Assembly (NCBI GenBank): GCA_009103225.1
Contig: RHPI01002112.1
Span: 280,150-344,149, forward strand
Direction of reading: 5' to 3'
Origin: Chlorokybus atmophyticus
Taxonomy: Eukaryota; Plantae; Mesostigma and Chlorokybus algae
DNA: 64,000 bases
Shown piece by piece: positions 22,633-35,200 of the stretch. How positions within the stretch are numbered: the stretch's first letter is position 1; the number at the start of each line of letters is the position of its first letter. The translations under genes were made by a program, and so were the position numbers. The notes under the pieces were generated by a model that worked only from the letters and a program-made list of their open reading frames with translations, made no database searches and was not told the DNA's origin.

Positions 22633-24503
22633 CAACCCACGCCTGACAATGCCCTTCACACCCAAGCACAAACTTGCCCGTGATTACCCCTCCCCCACCC
22701 CCCCGCCCCCCACCCCCTTCTCCTCCAGCACCTCCTGCTTTACCTCCTTCTCCTCCTACAGCCCCCACCTCGCCGCCCCCACCTCGCCGCCGCCTAAGCC
22801 AATGCTGATTTTGATAATGCTCATGTGTCCGACACAGTTTCCGCTTACAGGCAGGTTTTTCCTGTTGTCTCGTTGCAGCACCGCACGTGGACGTGACGCG
22901 GCGGAGTGTGTGACGAGGCGGTGTGGCGCCGGCGGGAAGCGACGGCCACAATGCGTGTCGTGACGTGACGGTCGAGACAGCGATGATTGTGATGGCAGCA
23001 TTATCGTACCTATCGTACCTAATACCGCTACAGGCCGCATGGGTAGGGTTGATTGTTTTGCAAATGTCACGCGCAGCACGATGCGTGACTTTGTGCCAAG
23101 ATCAGCCCTAGCCATGTACACTCATGCGCGAGGAACATTTGACTGAAGGGCCTTGATAATATTTTAGTGTCCATGCGACCTTACATAAACTAGGGTAGAT
23201 TGCCATAACTTCGTGTGGCTCAGGTTATGACGGCTGATAGGTAAAGATGCTTCACAATTTATATAAACTTTCAATGTGTTCAAATAGATTCGAAAGCTAC
23301 ATAGTGTTCCTATGCGACACAACCATTCACGGTAACCTCAAATGATTGTGAGCACAATTGCGGCCAGGCCGAGACACGATGCAGCTTGCATTGTTATAGC
23401 ATAGCAACAGCACAGTAAAGCACAGCTCGCAAGCCATGCAAGAGGCACTTAACAACAACTTGGGTGGGGCTACACTAGACCAGTATCCTGGGCTAAAACC
23501 GCTGTAAAGATAGGAGAGAGCGGGGGAGTAGGGGACGAAGAAGAGGTAGATAGCTAAGGCAAATGTAGAGCATCACATGTTACTGCGCAGAGCTGTCAAC
23601 GAAGCGTTCCCCGCCACTGTGGAGCATGCACAATTCAACTGATATTGTGTTACAATTGTTGCATGAATCCACATTATCCTCAACCTTCAGCGCCTTTTCA
23701 ATATGCAACACAGGTCACGGTGACCTGGTGGAACACCCACATTTTGTAACATACTACTCTTAAAAGCCTCTGAGTTTCGCCGTCCGTTATGCCTCTATAG
23801 TCCACTGTAACTTTAACTTTACAGCGGCTGCATTGTTGGTGTGCAGCTAAGCGGCTGTATACGTATTGTTAGCGTGAGGGTGCGCAATGTAAATCAGCAG
23901 CACAGCAAGGCATCACATCACATATCCGCAAGCAGTCATGTATGATCGAAACAGTGTGAGCTTATATACATGCAGGCATAATGTTTATGCTCTCCGCACC
24001 AACTCATTGGTGACTCAATTTGCACTCACATGTTTGATATACTTTGTGGTTTTTCTGAGCTCCAACTCCTGCACGAACATCTCATCCAACTGCTTGTATG
24101 TAGTACCACACGTCAGCCCTTGCATGTTGCGGAGTCAGCTTTCAGCCTCCGCATCAGCTGTTTTAATCTATGGCCATCTCTGCACATAGGTTATAACAGC
24201 CAGGCTTTGTTGGGAGTGTTGTGCAAGTGGATGGGGAGACATCAAGGCATCATCTGTGGTGCCACATACAAGTTTTTGCATCATCTGATACATAAAATGT
24301 TCCAGCAGCACCGACAGCAGCTCGGGTGAGGTAAGTGATAGGTGAGTGGATGCGGGGAGCAGGGTTCCTGGCCGCAAGTTGGTCCTAAGGGACTGTGATT
24401 GTGTCATTGCTGTGTCATTGCCTATTGATGGCGTTGTGTGTGTCAATGTCTGTGCATGCTGTTGACATTGCTGCCCTGCCACCAAGACTAACGGCTCCTA
24501 ACA

Positions 24504-24758
24504 GGCAGATAGCAGTGTATTGGCTTGTCGTTTTGGGTTGTGTAGTGCAAGGTACAAGAAGCGATGGCGGCTCAGTGGCTGCGGGGCCCAATCAGTCGTT
24601 ATTGTCGTCAAGTCCAGGTCTTTGGTGCTGCTGCGGACAAGCCTGACATCCACGCATTTGTTGTGCAGATTGTTCCTGCTCTGCTTGCTCGCTGTGCTTG
24701 CTATCAACCCTGCCTTGCCCTGGCTGTGGGTGGTAGTATAGACTAGCCTATGCTGTCT
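24504..24758 (+). repeat. 255-bp direct repeat, copy 1
   Basis: Identical by eye to 30606-30860. Confidence 0.93.
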
Positions 24759-25089
24759 AGCGCTGGTCTGGGCCCCCCCTAATCTTGTTGTTGCAATTGC
24801 TTGCTGCGTGTGCTTTACATACCTTCTAGCAACTGCACTATGTCAGCTAGCAAGCGTGATATGCATACGGTATCATAGTACATAACACACAAGAGTTGCA
24901 TGTTGCAAACTCCGCGGTATATCACAGGTAACCGTGCACAAGCAAAGCAAGCACACAAAATTAAGTGGGGGCAAACACATAGTTATACGTACTCACAAAG
25001 TAACAACTTCACCGCAACTAGACCTAGAGACCTTCACATTCAGAAGCAGATAGGGCACATGCAAAGTAGCAAGTAAAACGAATCAAGTT

Positions 25090-25430
25090 TCCGCAATGTG
25101 GCCGGGGGGTGCAGTTGACAAGCGCTTAGCCCAACTCAACCTACCAAACCCACCTCTATTTATGTGCAAATGCGCAGGAATTAGACGCACTGAGACACCA
25201 CCACTTCCTGTTTGGTTGTCTGAAATGTACGACATACACAGCGTAATGCTACATCTGATCCTCCGCAATGTGGCGGGGGGGTGCAGTTGGCAAGCGCTCA
25301 GCCCAACTCAACCTACCTAACCCACCTCTATTTATGTGCAAATGCGCAGGAAATAGACGCACTGGGACACCACCACTTCCTGTTTTGTTGTCTGAAATGT
25401 ACGACAAACACAGCGTAATGCTACATCTGA
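25090..25430. repeat. Tandem duplication, 172-bp period, two copies
   Basis: CCGCAATGTGG...GCTACATCTGA at 25091 and 25263, with about ten substitutions. Confidence 0.9.
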
Positions 25431-25911
25431 CGACATAGTGAGAATGTTTGACAAGCACAATGTTCATTGCGCCGTAATGCTTTGTTCGTTTGCTTTTATT
25501 GGATATAATGTCGGCATTTAATTTGACGCAGTCCGCCGTTCCATCATCAGAGCGTGATGGAGTAAACACAAATAGCATGCCACCAACTAGTAAGATGTCA
25601 TAAGATGCTGACAAGCACCGCACATGTAAGCCTCCTTTTCCAAGAGTTGCTAGCCCAACCTCCAGTGATGAGCCAGCGTCCGAGCGCATCTGAACAACCC
25701 GTACATCACTAACTTCACTACACATGGTCAGTTCACACTGACCATGTGTAGAAAGCATGCCTGTTAAGCGTACCACACCTTTGCAATTGGACACATGGCG
25801 GGCAGACGCGCAGCGCCATGCAAACAGTAGACACAGTAGCATGCGCAACACAGCATGTGCCACACTGGCAGCTGCCAATGAATCTTATTTTTACAAACTC
25901 TCGAAGTTCAA

Positions 25912-28900
25912 CTACGCACAAACAGCAGCTCGTGTTCCAAAGATCGAGTCGAACAGCCTTTCATGAGGAAGGCTCAAGTGCAAGGCTTTCAACAGGAAGG
26001 CTTGCTCAAAGGCAACCTCCCTCAAACGATCAAACCTGAAGAAACAGAGACTGTCAACAAGATGACCTGACAGTGGTGAGGGGGAGTTGCTAGGGACTGG
26101 CTGTTTCAAACAGCATCCGCATGGTAAATTAAGCTGAAGCTCTTACCGTCCAGACTTGGAGAAGTGTCCAGCACCCATGTCACACTTCACCAAACACAGG
26201 TTGTCATCTTGCTTGTGCTCGCGGAGCTTTGCGGCAAATTTCAGTGGCTCCCAGTAACCAACACGCGGGTCGTGCAGACCTGTCAAATCATCATAATGTT
26301 GAAGTGCACATGCAGCGGAATCCATGCGCACCGACAAGGCATTATAACAAAATGGATGTCAGCCGTAAGTACTGACAAGAGTACTTATGGCTGACATCCT
26401 GCTGCCAAGACTACCGCCTTCTATGTTTGAGTACCTGCAGTGATAAGCAAATGAGGGTACGCCTGCCGCTGCACATTGTCCAAGGGAGAGTAGCTCTTGA
26501 TGTAGTCGTAGTACACCTTCTCTGCAGGATTGCCCCACTCTTCCCATTCGATCGTGGTCAGAGGGATGGAGGGGTCCGACACCGTGGTTAGCACGTCCAC
26601 AAATGGCACTGCTGCAATTGCAGCCGCAAACAGATCCTGTATAGAGGGTTTAAGCGAATCAGCAACCTGCTGCGGTGCATATCAGTTGCAAGAATTGATG
26701 TGATCACATGCTCTTCTTACCGGCCGCATGTTGAGGACTGCTCCCATAAGCAGGCCGCCTGCGCTGCGACCCTGCATGCACAAGCTGGAAGGGCTTGTCC
26801 ATCTGCGCAAAGGGAGAATCAGTCGCTGATACAATCAGTCATGCAGAGCGCGGTTGATAAGGCCTTGATCTGATTCAGTGTTAATTTAGGCAGCATTAAC
26901 TGCGGCCACTATCGTGTGAGAGCGACCAATGCGTTCAGGCGACAGCCAAGCCGTATGCATCTGTTGGGTGGCAGTACACGTGTCGCAAAGTTAGACCAAG
27001 CAAAGCAAGTTGCAAGGATCATACGCTTGCCTAGCATGACTCCCGGCAACAGCATTGAGTTAGCAATGCAAAATGATGCACGCGGCTGACATGTGCTGCT
27101 GCATTGCAGCCAATGGTATATACTGAACATGACTGGCCAATGGACACACAAACACGTGCAACAATCTGTGCGAATGCAACACATTCAATGTCAGCGCACT
27201 GTGAAGAATGCACAGTGCGCTGACACGCCGACCAGTGGCAGCTGCCATGTTGCAAAGTGCAGTACCTGTTGTTGATGAGGTACTCGGCGCATGCTATAAA
27301 ATCAGTGAACGTGTTCTTCTTGTGCAGGAGCTTGCCATCCTCATACCACGCACGTCCCATCTCTCCACCGCCTCGAATGTGCGCAATTGCGAAGATGAAG
27401 CCTCGGTCCAGAAGTGAAACGCGCGTGCTCGAGAAGTATGGGTCCGAGCATGCCTGGTGCAGCGAATAGCTTCAGTCCACGCTTCAGTCAGCCAGTTTTG
27501 CTCTTATTTCTACGTTTATAACGTCGGTCAAGGCAACCTGCAAACCAAAGCCTTATAGGGACGCCTTACCTCATATGATCCGTAACCGTCCAACAGCAGG
27601 GGGTCAGAGCCATCAAGCCGCACAACATCCTCCCTGTCAATTCAGCGATTACTATGTGAATATACTTGTTATGTGTGGGGACTAGATTGAAGGAGCAGGT
27701 ACACGGCAGGTACCACACCTGAACACAATGGAGATGGGGACGCGCACACCATCCTCCGCTGTAGCCCACCGCCTGACAGTCTTGTACAAGCTGGCATCAA
27801 AGTCTCCAAGCACCTGTTTTGCAGAAAACATCAACAGGGGGGTACCCAACACCAAAGATGCTCGTGTCAAATTCTACGCCAACCTACCGCTTGCGTCTTC
27901 AACACAGCACGTTCATGCGTGTTCATGTCGTACTCAACAACCTGTCATAAAGGCAAGTTTAGCTTGAAAATCATGAGCGGTGAAAGTATTGTAGCCCAGA
28001 GGCAGCCAATGCGGCGCACCGTAGCAGGAGTTTTGAGAGAGTTGAACTCAAAGCGGAGCAGAGACGATTTGAAGCAGCTTTCTTCAGAGCTGAGAGAGTA
28101 CGCTTCCTCAGGGAAAGATATGCGCGTTCCCTGACAGACATCAGGATGTTCAACTTGACTGTTGTTTCACAGGAGTCAATGCGCAAATTCAAAGCACTGG
28201 ATACCTTCTCCAGTGGTGAGTCGTTGTTCAAAAGATCATCAAGCCTGTAGACTGAAATGTGCTGCAAGCCGCCCTCGCGTTCTGACACTGCAACATGCTG
28301 CGCAAACGTCTGGACATCTTCAAGCTTGACACTGTCAAAGACAATGTCAGTAACAATGTTCACGCATCTGGCTTACCACCATGTCATGGCAAGCAGCAAC
28401 ACTTACTGTGTCCGATGTGGAAGAATGGTGCGCAAATTGGAAGGCTCAGCAACCTGCCAGGTGCAGGCAATATCAGTACACGCCAGCTGCAGTGTCCCAA
28501 CAGGCTGTTCTGCAACATTCTAATTGCTTAGTTGACTGTACCGGAGCAACGCAAAGCACGGAGTTCACACTGTCGTCCGTGCGCAGTGTGATAAAGAAGT
28601 GATCAGCCGTGTGGGAGACCTGCGGCAGACCGTTGCATCAAGGCATGCAACTGAAACACCTACTGCAACCTGACAAACTGCATATCTGTGCTGGAGGCAC
28701 CGTTAGACACAAGTAACATGGCTATACCGAGTAGTCTGTGCCGTGTACACGAGGCAGAATGACTTGCCAGGCGTCTTGCGGCCGGTCTGCACTGATAAAC
28801 CAGGCTTCTGAAGTTATCTGCAGCGCATGTCGAGTGAGAAACAGCAGTTGAGTAATCAGTGCCTGCCAGCATCTATGCAGCATTTGTTCAATGTGCTAAC

Positions 28901-31358
28901 CGTGGAGTTGCTGGACACAAAAAGGTACTTCTCGCTCTCAGACTTGCCTATGGATACATGATACTGCTCATCATCCTGGACAAGGTCAAGAGCATCTTGT
29001 CAGATAGCACACATGGCAGGCTTTTGTCGCATATGAGCTTGATAGCAAACAAACCTCATGATAAACGCACACATCCTCCGTACTGGAAGTGCCAACTGTG
29101 TGCCTCCACAACTGCAGGCAAGCAGTGAGCAATAAGGCTTTTGGCACATAGGTGCAAGCCACATATTGACAACTCAGAACATACTTTGTGCGGCCGGTCA
29201 ATGTCATCCAGCGTGAGGTAGAACAAGCTGCGGTTGTCATTTGCCCACATCACATCACCGGCACAGTTCTCTACCCTTGTTGAGAGAAACTCGCCTGTGG
29301 CAAGATCCTGAAGTACACAACGTTTACAGCTTCAGCGCTTGCGCTGGAAACCCTTCACATTCCAAGCAGTGACAGGGTACATGCACTGCCCAGCATACCT
29401 TTACCCTCAAGGTGTACTTCTCGCCACCAGCAGTGTCTTCCATGATGGCCAACACTTGGTGATCAGGACTGACCTGTACACAACAGATAACAGCTTACGC
29501 CAGGCTACTTAGGCCCCCACCGTCGTCACCAATGCTATCAGTGTAGCAAGCTTACCGCAGCATCGCCGCACACGTAGTACTCATGCGCAGCAGCGCGCTC
29601 ATTCTCGTCAAGCAGTATTTCTTCCTGCACGCCAGAAACCAAGGCATAAGTAGGCGTACTCACAATGGCTCCAACAGTAACCAGAACCACGCTCACCGGT
29701 TCAGTGGTGACATCGTAAAGCGCTTCACCCAACCTGAGTGCCGGTGCACCTTCTGGGATGCGCCGCCTGACAGGCGGCAGCATTGCAACATGAGCGTCTT
29801 GTTCACCACCCCAAGAACAGACAGTTCAGATATTCTTAACTCACCTGCAGTGCACCCTGTACTGCTTCCCCTCCTCCATGCGGTCGTAGTAGTAGAACGG
29901 GCCATCCCTCTGCCATGGTTGAAGGAAACTGACAAGTCAGCACACAACATGCTGTAATGTGCAAAACACTGCTACAGCAGTAAGCTGAGCAACGCAAAGC
30001 CCTTACCAGTGCAACAGATTGCTCAGCCTCCTTGATGCGACTACGCATTTCTTTGTAAAGCTCTTCCTGCAACTCTGCAGTATCGGACAGTACCCTTTCT
30101 GTGTGTGTGTTCTCTGCAACAATGTAATCCAACACCTGGCATCACTTTAATCAGAATGCAAACAACAACAACCATAGCAGTCTGTACAATAAGCAAACAC
30201 ACGGACACAAGAGCTTCTGACTGCTTATGACAGCATCCTGACCTCCGGATCTTGACGTGCATCATCGCGCATCCAGTAGTAATTATCCACCCTTTTATCG
30301 CCACAAGCGGATGTGAGCACTGTCTTGACCTTCTTTGCCACTGGAGGGCTGGAAACACCTACAGTCGTCTTTGTGATGGTGATCCCAACTTCCTCATCGG
30401 ATGTGGCTGCAGCAGTCACACTGATAGACAGAACAGAATCAGCAGCAGCCTCACAAACAGTGTCCTACAACTCACAGTTACGGTTTGCTTTGCTTTCACC
30501 AAGGCATGCCTTCATTGTGCTTGCAGACAACAATAACAACTACAGGCAGGTAGCTGTGCGTGTGTGCTTGTCATACTGCCAATTGTGTGCTCGTGGGTCG
30601 GAGGGGGCAGATAGCAGTGTATTGGCTTGTCGTTTTGGGTTGTGTAGTGCAAGGTACAAGAAGCGATGGCGGCTCAGTGGCTGCGGGGCCCAATCAGTCG
30701 TTATTGTCGTCAAGTCCAGGTCTTTGGTGCTGCTGCGGACAAGCCTGACATCCACGCATTTGTTGTGCAGATTGTTCCTGCTCTGCTTGCTCGCTGTGCT
30801 TGCTATCAACCCTGCCTTGCCCTGGCTGTGGGTGGTAGTATAGACTAGCCTATGCTGTCTNGTTATATGCTACGGTAGCCTCAGCACCCTGACGACAACA
30901 TTGTGCATGATGTGCACTGTGAATCTGAGCCAGCGAAGCAGGCATTGCTCTTGCTGTTCCGTTCGCAAGTCCGAACCTCATGTTCCTATGACAAATATGA
31001 GTCAACTTGGATCAGCTCACCTTGACGCAGCGGTGACGAGTAGCTGCCGTCGGGTGAGCTCGCCTCCTGCATGTGCGCTCGCAGAGCTGCTGCCACCGCC
31101 AGCAGCATGTCCACCATTGGATCTGCTGCTTGTAGAGGAAGGGCCCATGCTACCCTTACGTGCCGACTGGGGGCGCAACGGGGATGAAACAGCAGATGCA
31201 ACGACCGCCGCAGCTGCCGCAGCCTGGTGCTGCTGCTGACCTGGCCTTGCTGACTGCCTGCCGGCTAGCCTCACGAGTGACGCCCCGCTCCCGGAAGCCG
31301 ACGCCCCACTCTTTGACACCGCTCCTCCCGTTGTCGCCAAGCAGGAAGCAGACGGCAT
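25912..31358 (-). CDS. opdB: Oligopeptidase B (protease II, S9A) with N-terminal organelle-targeting extension; many exons
   Basis: PPVAKKV...[67 protein letters not shown]. Catalytic triad GRSAG (about 26760), [12 protein letters not shown]. Exon 1 (31358-31021) splices in phase 2 to the exon ending at 30420. Confidence 0.92.
30606..30860 (+). repeat. 255-bp direct repeat, copy 2, within intron 1 of the oligopeptidase B gene
   Basis: Identical to 24504-24758 and ends exactly at a single N (30861). Confidence 0.9.
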
Positions 31359-31976
31359 CCGCGCCGCCGCCCCACCCGACCACGGACCACTGCCGACGCC
31401 TACACCACACACATGCACTGCAGCATGGTGTCTGCTTTGCTCTCAACTCTAGGCCGCCCACAACTTCCATCCAGCCTGCCGTTGTCTTTCAATTATGCTT
31501 CCCTGTGGTTAAACCCTTAACCGCGAGAAGCCTATAACTCGGTCGGCTTGCCGCCCGCATCGCGGTTACGTGGTGTTGTCAACGTACGCTTCAAGGTTAA
31601 GGGTAACGGTCGCGGGAAGTCGGGCTGGCCTTCCGGCACGAGACGGCCGTTCCGTGTCGTCGATGTGGCCGCAGGGCATCCCCTAACCGTCGGATTCGCC
31701 ATGTGCGCGCGGCCTCGTGGGCAATGGCACGGTCCTCACCGACCAGCAAAAGGTCCGAACTTTCACACAGCCAATCAACTCGACTGCTGTCCACTGGCAA
31801 CGCCCACGTGTCGGTAGCTACCGGCAAACGTGGAGCTTCCGATGCTGGAAGGTCGATTGAGCAATCTGCTTTCTTCCAACTCACAGCTTCCTTCCGTATT
31901 TGAAAACTGAACGGATGCGGCATACATTCATACAGAAAACGGTGTGCTGTGCGGGGCGGCGGCGAGGTTGTGGACA

Positions 31977-32436
31977 TGGGCGGTATGCGCGAGAGCGTTG
32001 GTGAGCCGGAAAACGTTCCGGCGTCAGAGAAAGAGAACAAGCAGGATGAGGTGCCACAGAAGCAGCAGCAGCAGGCGTTGGAGCGATCGGCCCTCAGAGT
32101 GACCGAAAAGGTGGATCCCAAGGAGGCTCGCAGGAGATGCGCCATGAGGAGGAGGAAGAAGGAGAAAGACATGATAGAGAACTTGAGGAGGGACTTGAAC
32201 CTGACTTCAGATTGGAAACCAAAGAACGTGTTGTGGATGGCGCTGACGTCTGGCAGGACCTGGTGGCCCGAACCGGATGGGGAGTCACTGATCATGTGTG
32301 AGGTAAGTGATGCTGAAGGATGGGAAGAGTGAGTGTCATCTTGACGCAAGACTGAAAATTGTAGCTGCTTGAAATCTTGCCTTCTTGTTGTCTGCAGGGT
32401 TGGCATCCCAACTCCCCGCGTGGCCCAGATTGGATG
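31977..32436 (+). CDS. Spliced gene of unknown function (charged, basic NLS-like stretch); 3' end unresolved
   Basis: ORF with coding-like composition (KEARRRCAMRRRKKEKDMIENLRRDL). GTAAGT donor at 32303, acceptor at 32397, second donor at about 32436. Confidence 0.4.
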
Positions 32437-33045
32437 TAAGTAGCAGCCTCATGCACTGCAATTTCACCTCATTTCAAGGATGTTGCTGATGCTTATGCTT
32501 GCCTGTGCGTACACTGACCCGTGCTTGACTGCAGCTCGGCCCCGCGATATTCAGCAAGCTGACACCGCGCTTTACTGCCAGCTGTGTACATACTCCATTG
32601 CGGGGATCAACATACAGCAACACCTTGTGCGTCCATTCCCAACTATTACTTGCGTGGTGCATGAGTTGTGCCGACAAACTTACCTTTGCAACAGGCCAGC
32701 CTACTGCTGGATTAGCAGATAACTAGGGCATGTGTCACTCACTTTGCCTGCCTTACAATACACCTCTGCATCTATCCATGGTTGCAATGCATTCCCTCCT
32801 GATGCAAATGCAGATTACCCAGCCAGTAAACCTATCAGGAAAGCTCACTGCTGAACCCGAGAAGTGTCACATGCATAAATCTTGCGGCGACTGAACATGC
32901 GCTGAATGAGTTTACAGTCAGGCACAACTGGGTGTCGATGCTGCAACGTGTGACATGCTCGCGATGTGGGCTGCATTGTGTGTGACTGTCGCAGTTTCAA
33001 GAATACCTGCAGCCAACAACAAGGAATTGTATAGCATGGTGAATG

Positions 33046-35200
33046 TCACCGTTCAGACTGAAGCTGTTTTCTGACACGCTGAAATACATCCCCAACCCTC
33101 ACAAGTATCTCCGCCGTGTCTTCAGGATGAACATTACGGCCCTGCCACTTATCAGGATGCCATCTGCGCAGCAGTTCCTTCAATGCACGCCGGCGATCAT
33201 CCGCAGTCGCTGATGCTGGAAGCATACCCTCCGTCATGTCCGAGCCCTGTAGCACACACATACCATCGCTTCAATCTGCATTATAGGAGCAACTCACCCA
33301 ACAAGCTTCAAGATGGACTGAAGAGAATCTTGCAGTCGCAACAAGACACACGCAACAACTCCAGGCCTTAGCGCACCTTAGGAGGCCAAGGCACATTGGC
33401 GAGCCGGATGACTGTGGGTGGTGTCTCCTCAAACACACCCCATGCCTGGTTGTGTTGGCGCCACTCTTGTCGGCCAGTAGCACAATGCCGCTGTTTTGGC
33501 AACACACGCATGAGTGACGTTTGTGCTTGAGCAGTTGGCTGGAATGATAATGAAGCTATCAAACAGAACAAACCTGTTTGTACGAGCGTGGCGAGGGTGT
33601 CTCTGGCATCGCTGTTGACTCTTTGGCGCTGCCAGGCGGCCTGCCGCTCATGCTGGTGCGCAGCCTTCTGCTTTTCAGGTCCCCGTATTCGTAGCAGTCT
33701 TCCCACATCAGCCCTGCCAGCAGTCAGCAATCAGCAAGACCGCAAACTACTCTTGTGTAGTGCCTTGTATGCCTTGAACTTGAACTGAAAGTAGGCCGCA
33801 AATGCATGCGCTAGCCCTCACACAGAGGTAGTCACGATTGAGCAATGCACAACCATTGAAGGGAGAGACGGTGGAGGGGAAGTGAAGGTGGATGTTTCGA
33901 ATGCGTGCTGTGCAACAATCGGTGCTCACCATTAGCTTCGGTAAAAACTCCTGCACCATGTCTGCAGTCTCTATCCCATAGACCCTCATACTTGTCGCCA
34001 TTGATGTAGCGATACGTCCCTCTTCCATGGTAACCACCTCCCTCCCACTGAACGGACAACATTAGCAACAAGTGCTTGGTGGCATTCATCGCGAACAGGC
34101 GCCACAAGAAAGTTACAGTTACTTGCATACCTGCCCTATGAAGATGTTGCCACCAGCAAAGTGGCACTGACCCCAACCGTGAGGTTGCCCTCCCACCCAT
34201 TCGCCCTGCCAACACATGGCGCAACTGTTGGTTGACAGAGCAAGATGCATCTTGTAATTCGCTGGAACTAACCTCATAAACATCACCATTAGCATAGCGG
34301 CACACTCCATACCACTCTGGAACCCCGCCTCGCAGGAAGCCTGCGATGATACGTGTAATGTTGGTGCTTGCAACTACCACGATATGGCGTACTGCGCAGA
34401 CACACACCTTCATAGCAGTCGCTATCATCTGAAACCACCCCGTGGGTCACAGAAAAACGATGACAAACGTGTGCCCTTATTTTTGTCACGCGCAGCTCTG
34501 CAGCAGCCTTATCGCGTTCTGCCTCAACAGCTCGTGCCTGGATTATGCATGTCAATGGGATTCGCATGGGTGTCCTGGTGTGCAACAACCACCCGGCAAT
34601 CTAACCTCAGCTGTACGAAGTCTCCGCGCCAACTCAAGCAGCATCTGCTCCGCCTGCATTACAAGTGCTGTTGAAGTCACAATACTGCTAGTGGCACACA
34701 GAGCGCTTGACAGATGGCCAGTAACCAGCATGTATTGTACCTGCTCTGCGCGTGATTGTGCATCAGCCAACACTTGATCCCGCTCTCTGTCTGGTACCGC
34801 AGTCAACCCAGTAGCACTGGCTGACCCAATAGATCGACTTCTTGCTATGCCCCTGGTGTTGCGAGGAAGTTGACAGTGATCAGGTAACGCAACAACTGGT
34901 TGGAGTGACTGTGTGCCTGAGAAGTCAGTGCTGCAGTGTAAACGGATATGCATACATACAGATGGCCATGCTTCACATATACAGTTTCTCATGCCATCGC
35001 AGTTGTATGGTGCATGCACGTCTCTCCAAATGTTGCAAACTTACCCTGGGCGGCTCTTGGGCTCTGGAGGTGTTGGTGGCTTCTTGGTAGGCTGCGACCA
35101 GACATTACTGGCCTGCAACGCCTCCACTTGGCAGGTGGCAGTGGTCGGCCGGGCGAGAGGCGCATTGCTGCGGTATCTAGCACTCATCGCTTCACGTTTT
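33046..35200 (-). CDS. MORN-repeat protein with coiled coil and C-terminal VPWP...RRWHPDK (NFKBIL1-like / J-domain-like) module; 5' end uncertain
   Basis: MORN exons WYGVCRYANGDVYE, GEWVGGQPHGWGQCHFAGGNIFIG, WEGGGYHGRGTYRYINGDKYEGLWDRDCRHGAGVFT. C-terminus RLANVPWPP...RRALKELLRRWHPDKW. Confidence 0.62.

Noticed and set aside
24040-24340. Degenerate minus-strand coding-like stretch (LVCGTTDD...LTCGTTYKQLDEMF)
   Set aside because: Interrupted by stops and no family recognised.
25249-25878. 209-aa minus-strand ORF
   Set aside because: No motifs, Cys-rich non-coding-like composition, overlaps a non-triplet tandem repeat. Probably the oligopeptidase B 3' region.
32220-32275. PWWP-like motif (VLWMALTSGRTWWP)
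   Set aside because: The following sequence lacks the rest of the PWWP pattern, so it is too weak to call.
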